From a virus (taxonomy: Duplodnaviria > Heunggongvirae > Uroviricota > Caudoviricetes): DNA of 37,953 nucleotides. Every line of letters begins with the position of its first letter. The first letter of the stretch is position 1. The notes beneath the pieces were generated by a model. It was not told the DNA's origin and made no database searches. It saw only the letters and a list, made by a program, of their open reading frames with translations. A program made the translations under genes and the position numbers. The stretch lies in IMG/VR virus record IMGVR_UViG_2563366924_000004, one strand, 5' to 3'. This document shows, piece by piece, positions 27,132-35,249 of this stretch.

Positions 27132-27365
27132 ATGTCAACGAAGAACAGAACCCGCAGAACAACAACCCGCAACATCCGCTTTCCTAACCAAATGATTGAA
27201 CAAATTAACATCGCTCTTGAGCAAAAAGGGTCCGGGAATTTCTCAGCCTGGGTCATTGAAGCCTGCCGCCGGAGACTGTGCTCAGAAAAAAGAGTTTCTT
27301 CTGAAGCAAACAAAGAAAAGAGTGACATTACTGAATTGCTCAGAAAACAGGTCAGACCAGATTGA
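27132..27365 (+). CDS. ynfO: small ribbon-helix-helix-like protein, 77 aa (YnfO-like)
   Basis: Basic N-terminus followed by beta-strand/two-helix pattern IRFPNQMIEQINIALEQKG..NFSAWVIEACRRRL typical of RHH DNA binders. Confidence 0.6.
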   Translation: MSTKNRTRRTTTRNIRFPNQMIEQINIALEQKGSGNFSAWVIEACRRRLCSEKRVSSEANKEKSDITELLRKQVRPD

Positions 27366-27422
27366 AGCAATTTAGATAATCGTGCAGACTACGCCCCCTC
27401 ATATCACATGGAAGGTTTATCT

Positions 27423-27833
27423 ATGGATCAGGTAGTCATTTTTAAACAAATATTTGATAAAGTTCGAAACGATTTAAACTATCAATGGTTTTATTCTGAG
27501 CTAAAACGTCACAATGTCTCACATTACATTTACTATTTAGCCACAGAGAATGTTCATATTGTATTAAAAAATGATAATACAGTGTTATTAAAGGGCCTAA
27601 AAAACATTGTGTCTGTCAAATTTTCAAAGGATAGGCATCTTATAGAAACGACCTCTAATAAGCTGAAATCCAGAGAGATCACATTTCAGGAATACAGAAG
27701 AAACCTTGCTAAAGCAGGAGTTTTTCGGTGGGTTACAAATATCCACGAACAAAAAAGATATTACTATACCTTTGATAATTCATTACTATTTACTGAAAGC
27801 ATCCAGAAAACTACACAGATCTTACCACGCTAA
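27423..27833 (+). CDS. ydfO: DUF1398-family protein (YdfO-like), about 136 aa
   Basis: ORF 27408-27833; preferred start at second ATG, which has GGAAGG 6 nt upstream; hairpin at 27843-27868 downstream. Confidence 0.6.
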
Positions 27834-27984
27834 ACCATAACGTCCGGCTTCTCTCACTCCTGAGCCGGACTGCATTGGTTTAATAAAAACCATCAACAAT
27901 TGTGATTTAGATATTCGGAACCATTCAAATATAACAAAACCCCGTAAAAACGAGGTTTATGGATAAATTTTATTATTGAATACA

Positions 27985-28157
27985 TCAGATTAAATTAATC
28001 TTGACATCATAGCTTTCAAGACCCGTCATTTTTTCCCGTGCGGTAAACTGAATACTGGTAACTTCTTTCCCGGTCTTTTTCTTAAGTTCAATAATTTTTT
28101 TGTTATATATTCAGAAATATCTGCTTCTGCTTTTGTTTTTAAGTTTTCAATATTCAT
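27985..28157 (-). pseudogene. gnsB: Gns (GnsA/GnsB)-family gene with -1 frameshift inside an A7 tract
   Basis: Frame 1 gives MNIENLKTKAEADISEYITKK then a stop after 44 codons; the next frame gives IIELKKKTGKEVTSIQFTAREKMTGLESYDVKINLI; the two halves join to a 57-aa Gns-like protein if the run were A8; AAGAGGAAATG RBS. Confidence 0.6.
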
Positions 28158-28328
28158 CATTTCCTCTTTTAGTCTGTTATGACTTTCCAGTTACACAGTA
28201 AGTCGATTATATGGTGCAAACGTGTAAAAGATAAGATGAAACATCGCAATAATCAACATACGATAGTCTAAATTTTACACAAACAGACAAAGAGAATTTT
28301 CCTGAATTATCAATGCAATAGCATCAAA

Positions 28329-28559
28329 TCAACTCAAGAGCCTTATTGCTGCTTCCAGAATTTCTTCTGAAGTAACATGTCGATCCGCGGCTACATAAAT
28401 GACTTTATGATCTCCGGTCAGAGATGGAAACCCTGCGGCCATTACAGTAAGGTGTGTTTTTTCGCCATTTGGATATTCACGCATGATGGTGTTAACTCCA
28501 GTCATCGCTGGCACTACCACTGCTGGTTCAGAGTTAAAAAAAACTATGATTTTTTTCAT
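28329..28559 (-). CDS. ynfN: YnfN-like small protein, about 76 aa
   Basis: ORF 28329-28601; start taken at MKKIIVFFNSEP. Confidence 0.5.
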   Translation of the reverse strand: MKKIIVFFNSEPAVVVPAMTGVNTIMREYPNGEKTHLTVMAAGFPSLTGDHKVIYVAADRHVTSEEILEAAIRLLS

Positions 28560-28604
28560 GATGTTACCGTAGTATGTGAGTATCCATCGAATAGACACCA
28601 AGCC

Positions 28605-28623
28605 AAAAAGCTCCCGAAGGAGC
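28605..28623 (-). terminator. intrinsic terminator downstream of cspI
   Basis: Minus-strand stem gctcc/ggagc with cgaa-type loop followed by TTTTT. Confidence 0.45.
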
Positions 28624-28830
28624 CTTCATTTTCACTTTTTTAAATCCAACGACAGACGGCTGGCATTTAAGTATTGTGAAATATTATCAAATGTAATCAT
28701 CATTGATTTACAAAAGATACATTTTGCCCCGAAAGGATTCATGTCAGAAACATCAAAAGATGATGTTCTATACTGGGAACCATGACAACACGGGCATCTA
28801 AAGTGAATATGGTTTGTAATATTGTCTACC

Positions 28831-29043
28831 TCAAAGCGCCACTACATGAACAGCGGCAGGACCTTTAGGTCCGTTCTCAATACCAAATTCAACTTCCTGA
28901 TTCTCAGTTAATGTTTTGAAATCGTTGCTCTGAATTGCTGAGAAATGGACAAACACATCTTTGCTGCCATCTTTCGGCGTGATGAAACCAAAACCTTTTT
29001 CAGGGTTAAACCATTTTACTAAACCAGTCATTTTGTTAGACAT
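28831..29043 (-). CDS. cspI: cold shock protein CspI, 70 aa
   Basis: CspA-family cold shock domain with RNP motifs KGFGFI and VFVHF; matches my recollection of CspI. Confidence 0.9.
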   Translation of the reverse strand: MSNKMTGLVKWFNPEKGFGFITPKDGSKDVFVHFSAIQSNDFKTLTENQEVEFGIENGPKGPAAVHVVAL

Positions 29044-29393
29044 AATTATTACCTTTTGAAGAAATTAGCCCTTGGGCAGAATGGTCCGAAAAAAAATATC
29101 AGAGAGAAAAACCAACAAGGAAATCTCAAGAGGTACAAATAATAAAATTATAACAATGACTGCTTCAGATAAATTTGTAACAAACCAGAACACCATTAAC
29201 GCATGATTAACCACCCATAGCAAGGATTACTTTTGTAAAGAAAAACACAGCAATGAAAGAATAGCTTTATTTATTAATAAAACGTGTCATTCTGATTAAG
29301 ACCTTTTATCTTACCCTTAAGATTTCAGGAATTTTGGCTCATGGAAGAGTCCTTTTTATTTAAATTTTACATTCCGCGGGTAATGACTCCAAC

Positions 29394-29897
29394 TTATTGG
29401 TAGTGTTTTATGTTCAGATAATGCCCGATGACTTTGTCATGCAGCTCCACCGATTTTGAGAACGACAGTGACTTCCTGCCCAGCCTTGCCAGATGCTGCC
29501 TCAGATTCAGGTTATGCCGCTCAATGCGCTGCGTATATCGCTTGCTGATAACGTGCAGTTCTCCCTTCAGGCGTGATTCATAAAGCGGCCAGCCATCCGT
29601 CATCCATACCACGACCTCAAAGGCCGACAGCAGGCCCAGAAGACGCTCCAGCGTGGCCAGCGTGCGTTCACCGAATACGTGCGCAACAACCGTCCTCCGT
29701 ATCCTGTCATACGCGTAAAACAGCCAGCGCTGGCGCGATTTAGCCCCGACATAGCCCCACTGTTCGTCCATTTCCGCGCAGACGATGACGTCACTGCCCG
29801 GCTGTATGCGCGAGGTTACCGACTGCGGCCTGAGTTTTTTAAGTGACGTAAAATCGTGTTGAGGCCAACGCCCATAATGCGGGCAGTTGCCCGGCAT
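29394..29897 (-). CDS. insB: IS1 InsB reading frame, 167 aa (normally expressed as InsAB fusion by frameshift)
   Basis: Matches IS1 InsB sequence. Confidence 0.95.
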   Translation of the reverse strand: MPGNCPHYGRWPQHDFTSLKKLRPQSVTSRIQPGSDVIVCAEMDEQWGYVGAKSRQRWLFYAYDRIRRTVVAHVFGERTLATLERLLGLLSAFEVVVWMTDGWPLYESRLKGELHVISKRYTQRIERHNLNLRQHLARLGRKSLSFSKSVELHDKVIGHYLNIKHYQ

Positions 29898-30091
29898 CCA
29901 ACGCCATTCATGGCCATATCAATGATTTTCTGGTGCGTACCGGGTTGAGAAGCGGCGTAAGTGAACTGCAGTTGCCATGTTTTACGGCAGTGAGAGCAGA
30001 GATAGCGCTGATGTCCGGCGGTGCTTTTGCCGTTACGCACCACCCCGTCAGTAGCTGAACAGGAGGGACAGCTGATAGAAACAGAAGCCAC
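29816..30091 (-). CDS. insA: IS1 InsA, 91 aa
   Basis: Matches IS1 InsA sequence ([43 protein letters not shown]). Confidence 0.95.
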   Translation of the reverse strand: MASVSISCPSCSATDGVVRNGKSTAGHQRYLCSHCRKTWQLQFTYAASQPGTHQKIIDMAMNGVGCRATARIMGVGLNTILRHLKNSGRSR

Positions 30092-30141
30092 TGGAGCACC
30101 TCAAAAACACCATCATACACTAAATCAGTAAGTTGGCAGCA

Positions 30142-30417
30142 TCACCGGATTTTCAATCTTAAAGGAGTACTGATGCTGCAGATAAGACTCAACTTTTCTG
30201 ACAATTTTTCTGCTACTTCCAGGAAGACTTGCCGGACGCTCATTCTGGCTGCTGCCTCATAAAACTCCAGCGTAGCTCCTTCAACACGGTCCATGGCGAC
30301 ATCCAGGCCAAAAATTTCACCGTCAAAGCGTTCTTTGTCCTGTAAGGCTACAGTTACCGTAACTTTATTCTCAAAATTACGGACTCCTTTCACAACCAGT
30401 TCATAGCCTTGAGTCAT
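30142..30417 (-). CDS. ydfR: YdfR-like phage protein with 3' end running into IS1, 91 aa as encoded
   Basis: ORF starts 5 nt after the holin stop; its last sense codon and stop codon lie inside the IS1 terminal repeat. Confidence 0.6.
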   Translation of the reverse strand: MTQGYELVVKGVRNFENKVTVTVALQDKERFDGEIFGLDVAMDRVEGATLEFYEAAARMSVRQVFLEVAEKLSEKLSLICSISTPLRLKIR

Positions 30418-30421
30418 TGGA

Positions 30422-30637
30422 TTATTCTCCTCTCGCAGCCTTACGCCTGTCTTCTTTAATCTTGAAATAAAGATTTGTCAGATACGTCAGCAGGCCAAAA
30501 ACCAGGCTACCCAGCACACCGATTGCAGCCCACTGTGACGGAGTTACTTTATCGAGTAACTGCAATGCCCAGAAACCAGCATTACCCGCCGATGTGCCAT
30601 AGGCAACACCTGTTGTTAACTTATCCATTGATTTCAT
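30422..30637 (-). CDS. essQ: class II holin, phage 21 S-type, 71 aa with dual-start motif
   Basis: MKSMDK dual-start motif, two TM segments, basic C-terminus RKAARGE; S21-like. Confidence 0.85.
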   Translation of the reverse strand: MKSMDKLTTGVAYGTSAGNAGFWALQLLDKVTPSQWAAIGVLGSLVFGLLTYLTNLYFKIKEDRRKAARGE

Positions 30638-30856
30638 ATCCTCACCCCGATGTACACGGATGGTGCAATATGTTTGAAAAGATCGGAGTCTACGGGGTAG
30701 TTTTGACAGCACACGCTGTTCTCAACGGCGCTAAAGAAACATACACATTAAAAATGTGAGTAATTATTTTGAAAGAAAGTCATATATAAAATAATAATAC
30801 GAGAAATGTTTTCATATTTAGTGTACTGTATACGGCCATTTATACAGGAAAAGCCT

Positions 30857-31027
30857 ATGTCAGAACGTAAAGACTCAAAATCACGCCGTAATTATCTCGT
30901 TAAATGTTCCTGCCCAAACTGCACCCAAGAGTCAGAACACAGTTTTTCAAGAGTACAAAAAGGTGCCCTTTTGATCTGCCCTCATTGCAACAAAGTATTC
31001 CAGACAAATCTTAAAGCTGTAGCCTGA
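30857..31027 (+). CDS. hypothetical zinc-ribbon small protein, 56 aa
   Basis: ATG with AGGAAAAG upstream; two CxxC pairs (CPNC and CPHC). Confidence 0.4.
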   Translation: MSERKDSKSRRNYLVKCSCPNCTQESEHSFSRVQKGALLICPHCNKVFQTNLKAVA

Positions 31028-31083
31028 TTGATTTTATTAGTAACAAGTATTTTTTATATTTTAATAATATATTTAAAGCAGAT

Positions 31084-31106
31084 AATAAAAAACCCGCCTG
31101 AGCGGG
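31084..31106 (-). terminator. intrinsic terminator
   Basis: Stem cccgc/gcggg, 4-nt loop, followed on the minus strand by TTTTTTATT. Confidence 0.5.
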
Positions 31107-31390
31107 TTTGAGATTGTGGTGCTTTTTGTGGGAGTCATCCACTTACGCACTTTGTTTTGCCATGCCAGCAGTTAGCTTCTGCTGTAAAACTATTCATGCA
31201 GCAAACCTGCACTTCACCACAATGGTTAGCATACTTTTCCTGATTAAGATTTTGCCAAATATGCTGGCCATTGTTTCATGTATTGGACCTCCTTAATTTT
31301 TATTAAAGAAATCCAATATTCACTACTCTGTCCGTATCTCTACTCAGGCATCAGCCTTCTTCGTTATCGTATACAGACGAGCGATGAATT

Positions 31391-31606
31391 TTAATCAGTA
31401 ATGATGACATTTGCTGCTGCAGGACCTTTAGCACCACTCTCTATAGAGAAGGTAACCTTTTGACCTTCAAATAAGGTTCGATAATTATCATTCTGAATCG
31501 CAGAAAAATGCACAAACACATCTTTACTACCATCAACAGGAGAAATAAAGCCGAAACCTTTATCAGCGTTAAACCATTTTACTAAACCAGTCATTTTATT
31601 TGACAT
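31391..31606 (-). CDS. cspB: cold shock protein CspB, 71 aa
   Basis: CspA-family cold shock domain; matches my recollection of CspB. Confidence 0.9.
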   Translation of the reverse strand: MSNKMTGLVKWFNADKGFGFISPVDGSKDVFVHFSAIQNDNYRTLFEGQKVTFSIESGAKGPAAANVIITD

Positions 31607-31906
31607 TCTACATTCCTTAACTTGAGCCTTTCGGCATAAATGGTTTGCATAACAGAAACGACTTCGTACTTAATTGGAGAGACTCAAAGAAGGAATAAGT
31701 GAATAACACCTGAAATGAGAACTGCTTTAGTAAACTACTTCGTATATCGTCTGTTCTTCAAACCGACGCAATCATTAACGCATAGTTGAACATATGAAGC
31801 AATGTTTATTTTAGACATCCAGCCATCTTCAACCCCATCAAAAAACTATAGCTTTCTTCAGGAACGTGTGTATAGTGCGCCAAGTTATCAGTATTAAGGA
31901 ATTTTT

Positions 31907-32119
31907 TTGTCCCGTAAAATGACAGGAATTGTCAAAACCTTTGACGGCAAAAGCGGCAAGGGTCTTATCACCCCATCCGATGGTCGTATCGATGTCCAGC
32001 TTCATGTTTCAGCGCTCAATCTCCGCGATGCAGAAGAAATCACCACCGGATTACGCGTGGAATTTTGCCGGATAAATGGTCTGCGTGGCCCTTCAGCTGC
32101 CAATGTTTACCTTTCATGA
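31907..32119 (+). CDS. cspF: cold shock protein homolog CspF, 70 aa
   Basis: Divergent from cspB; CspF-like sequence ([23 protein letters not shown]). Confidence 0.85.
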
Positions 32120-32173
32120 GCTATATTAAAGCTTTAATTTCAGGCCCCATCGGATCACACATGGAGAGTTTTT

Positions 32174-32263
32174 ATGAATAACCCCGTCTGTCTTGATGAC
32201 TGGTTGATTGGCTTTAAAAGCTTATGCTGTACTTTGGCCGTAATAGCTCTGCTAATAATATAA
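32174..32263 (+). CDS. hypothetical small hydrophobic protein, 29 aa ([29 protein letters not shown])
   Basis: GGAGAG 7 nt upstream of ATG; one TM-like segment; terminator downstream. Confidence 0.25.
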
Positions 32264-32411
32264 TAAGCAGACTCATTGTGTTTAGGGACATTGTACTGGA
32301 AGAAAACATTTTAAACATCAGGCAAATAACCAAGTCACCAGCTAAATAATAAGTTAACAGACATGAGTCCCGGGATGAGATTCAACATTACCATTGCCCC
32401 ATTTAAAGCAC

Positions 32412-32444
32412 AAAACCCGCTCATCAGCGGGTTTTCTACTTTTT
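32412..32444. terminator. bidirectional intrinsic terminator; candidate tR-prime for the late transcript
   Basis: Stem cccgc/gcggg with T-run on the plus strand and TTTTGTGCTTT on the minus strand. Confidence 0.5.
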
Positions 32445-32480
32445 CTTAACGTCGGGTATACAAAGCCCATCGTTGAAAAA

Positions 32481-32509
32481 ATTTTATCCATATTTTTTGA
32501 AAAATGCAA
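32481..32509 (-). promoter_or_regulatory. candidate late promoter (PR-prime-like) downstream of the Q gene
   Basis: Minus-strand TTGCAT, 17-bp spacer, TAAAAT, located 30-60 bp after the quuQ stop and about 60 nt upstream of the terminator. Confidence 0.4.
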
Positions 32510-32540
32510 ACATCATGTCGCCATCTTCAGCAAAAATCAT

Positions 32541-33293
32541 TTATCTCGTCACCTTCCTCAATTGCGCTTCCGCGTATGCTTCTTCCTGCCAGCACTTTGT
32601 TACCAGTTTACCAATGACGTCCGCATACCCCTTATACCACTGATAATCGGTCAGGTCTGGTACCAGCTTCTGGACATGACGTCGTGCCAGCGTGGTCGGT
32701 AAACGACTAAACCGGTTTCCATTACAACGCCCACAAATCTTATATACCGGTACGCCATGAAACCGGGTTCTTTTTTCATCCAGAACAATCCCTTTACCCT
32801 TACACCCTCTGCACGCTGTGCTGGCTTCGCCCTTACCATGGCAATGCTGACATAGTTCCTTCACCCATTCTTCCTTGATTACAGATTCCCCGCGTCTGTA
32901 GTGTTTCACCACTTCGCGCAATACATTATAAAATCCCGTACCTGAACAATGCTCACAGCGAGCCTTACTTGCCGCAGACCTGGAGTAATCAGCAAAGGCA
33001 AAACTCACGAGGTAAGGAATAATCTGTAACCGGATTTCTTCACTCAATTTGTTCAATGTCGGGTTATCCAGTGCCATCGCGTAATTTAGCAGGCCTTCAA
33101 TCGCAAACTGAGGGTCCTGAACACCAACTTTTGCCAGAAATAAGGCCAACCCAAGTGGTGCTTTCGACTGCACCATCCCCTGCGCTGCCATTACATCCGT
33201 AATTGTTAAACAACCGGTGCCTGTCGCTGGAGCGTCATCGCTCAATTTTGGAGATTTTGGGGAGTAATATTTTGGTAAGGCTTCAAGGTTCAT
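32541..33293 (-). CDS. quuQ: late gene antiterminator Q, 250 aa, with Cys-rich zinc-binding region
   Basis: Start at MNLEALPKYY with GGAGAA RBS; CxxC clusters; position immediately upstream of the late promoter and holin operon. Confidence 0.8.
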   Translation of the reverse strand: MNLEALPKYYSPKSPKLSDDAPATGTGCLTITDVMAAQGMVQSKAPLGLALFLAKVGVQDPQFAIEGLLNYAMALDNPTLNKLSEEIRLQIIPYLVSFAFADYSRSAASKARCEHCSGTGFYNVLREVVKHYRRGESVIKEEWVKELCQHCHGKGEASTACRGCKGKGIVLDEKRTRFHGVPVYKICGRCNGNRFSRLPTTLARRHVQKLVPDLTDYQWYKGYADVIGKLVTKCWQEEAYAEAQLRKVTR

Positions 33294-33306
33294 GCTCGTT
33301 CTCCAC

Positions 33307-34355
33307 TTACGCCAGTACGCCAATTGCCAGCGCGCGATCGATAAAACGAAATATCAGCTCCAGTTGGGAGCCATACTTCTCTTCAAATGCCACTGTATCC
33401 GTATGCAGCTCGTTGTGATGCTTTCTGCACAAAGGCAACACAAAGAGATCATGTGCTTTTGTTCCCATTCCGCCCTGCCCGTGACCAATCAGATGATGCG
33501 GATCGTCGGCTGGCATACCGCAGCAAGCATACGGCTGTGTCTTAACCCAGCGTGTGTATTTCTCCTTAACCCACCGGTGACGTTTAGGCAGCTTCATGAA
33601 AGATTCCGGAGACTCTGGATCAACGGTGATGCTTACCACCGTCTTTTCCTGTGATGGGTTTTGTTGCTGGTGGGCGTGAGGCAACGGTGCAAGATTTTTT
33701 GTGCGCTGTTTCAATATGCTGGTGGCGGTCTGCTCTCCCGGTACGATGTCGCTTTCGCGGTACACCGAGCAGATTTTTTCCGCTGGTAATCCCAGCGAGC
33801 GACGTAATACCGCTTCCGGTAGCGCGTCCGCCAGCTGATTGCGGACCGCCCACCAGGAAATTCAGCCAGAGATAATTCACGCTCCTGCGTACCGCTTATT
33901 GCGTGACCGATGACGTCAATCATCCATGCTGACAGGTTTTGATGAGCAAGTTGCTCGAGTGATTCGGATGTCTGGTCACGCAGCTGGTTGTCGCAGTGCC
34001 AGCACAACACCATTGCGCCGGTACCATATCGGTGAATAACGGTTTCGCTGTGATGATAATCGCCGTGTGGCCACTGGCAGGATTTAATATGGCGCAACAG
34101 CCAGTCAGACAATGCACCAGCACCACCAGCAGCACGAATTACCCGTGTGTTACTGAAAAACGGCAGCAATGTTTTGTCTTCCACCAGCGGCTGGCGAACG
34201 GCAGGAACGACCCCGGACGGCAGATTACGCATGCTTTTCGGTTCCGGCTCCACCAGTACCCGGGTATTGTGGAATACCGGCATGGATTCACGGCCCGGCT
34301 TAACGACCACCAGCCCGAGTTCCGGTACCAGAACAGGTCGAAGTAATACCCGCAC
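33307..34355 (-). pseudogene. ydfU: DUF968 (YdfU-like) gene split by a single-nucleotide frameshift
   Basis: Two overlapping ORFs (33711-34355 and 33307-33765) in different frames; shifting frame near 33855-33865 restores a continuous reading of about 349 codons (..LAE.PWWAVRNQLADALPEAVLRRSLGLPAEKICSVYRESDIVPGEQ..). Confidence 0.6.
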
Positions 34356-34356
34356 G

Positions 34357-34635
34357 TTACCTCCAGAGGCGTTGCTGGAATGTACGGGACGGACGCGGTG
34401 GGCGTTCGGAGTAAGGCAATCTGACTGAGATTATCCAGTGACGGTAGTCGAGGCTAAGGGCTTTTTTAACCTCGTATCCGCGCCTGCGGTAACACTGAAT
34501 TATCCATTCAGCCTGCTCTTCAGTGCATGGTGGATGCTGGAACCAGTCCGATTTGAATGCATGAAAACGCCGTCCGCACCTGCTGGCAAAGACGGCAGAA
34601 TCATCAGAATTGTGTAATTTGGTATCGTGCGCCAT
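34357..34635 (-). CDS. hypothetical protein, about 92 aa from ATG (129 aa if TTG start)
   Basis: ORF directly downstream of ydfU in the same orientation; weak RBS; identity not recognised. Confidence 0.35.
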   Translation of the reverse strand: MAHDTKLHNSDDSAVFASRCGRRFHAFKSDWFQHPPCTEEQAEWIIQCYRRRGYEVKKALSLDYRHWIISVRLPYSERPPRPSRTFQQRLWR

Positions 34636-34900
34636 CGGTTGTCTCTGCTGGCGCAGCAGGTGCCAGTTGTTCAGGCTGGCGTATAAAGTATAAATAAACT
34701 GGTTCCAGTGTAAAGCCCCTACATTAATGGAATAAAAGTCAAACAACAGATTGTTGGGATAAACACAACGCTTATTATTAAAAGCGATTAGATAAATTAA
34801 ATTTTAATGTTATGCAATTTTACCAGATCACCATAACATCTCGTTTGAAACCACCAAAACAACAACCATATCAATATTGATTATGTTAAAGTGAGTAAAT

Positions 34901-34987
34901 ATGGAAAACAACAAATCTGCACATTACGCTCCTTTTTTATCTGTGATACTTTTTGTTTTATGCTGTGTGTGGGCATTATTTTTATAA
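34901..34987 (+). CDS. hypothetical small hydrophobic protein, 28 aa (MENNKSAHYAPFLSVILFVLCCVWALFL)
   Basis: Short ORF with one TM-like segment, followed by hairpin at 35010-35023. Confidence 0.2.
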   Translation: MENNKSAHYAPFLSVILFVLCCVWALFL

Positions 34988-35093
34988 AAATATTTACAGA
35001 TAAAATAAACCCGCCGAAGCGGGTTAAGTGCGGGTGCATTGAGGATGCCTGACACATCAGAGGTGGCGAGGGATTTCTCCCTCGCCTGGTCTC

Positions 35094-35249
35094 TTACTCC
35101 TCAGGTTCGTAAGCTGTGAAGACAGCGACCTCCGTCTGGCCGGTTCGGATTCGTACCTCGCAGAGGTCTTTCCTCGTTACCAGTGCCGTCACTATGACGG
35201 TTAAACAGATGACGATCAGGGCGATTAACATCGCCTTTTGCTGCTTCAT
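35094..35249 (-). CDS. hok: Hok/Gef-family type I toxin, 51 aa
   Basis: MKQQKAMLIALIVICLTVIVTALVTRKDLCEVRIRTGQTEVAVFTAYEPEE; AAGGAGAAG RBS; in-frame upstream mok-like extension to 35306; 3' hairpin at 35065-35086. Confidence 0.85.
   Translation of the reverse strand: MKQQKAMLIALIVICLTVIVTALVTRKDLCEVRIRTGQTEVAVFTAYEPEE

Larger units (their letters stand above)
29379..30146 (-). mobile_element. IS1: IS1 insertion sequence, complete 768 bp
   Basis: Terminal inverted repeats GGTAATGACTCCAACTTATTG (29379) and reverse complement of GGTGATGCTGCCAACTTACTGAT (30146); insA and insB inside. Confidence 0.95.

Noticed and set aside
28576-28785. 69-aa plus-strand ORF
   Set aside because: Overlaps the cspI downstream region and terminator on the other strand; no RBS; composition not protein-like.
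34357-34746. Full 129-aa form of the ORF downstream of ydfU
   Set aside because: Requires a TTG start without an RBS; the shorter ATG-initiated form is retained at low confidence instead.
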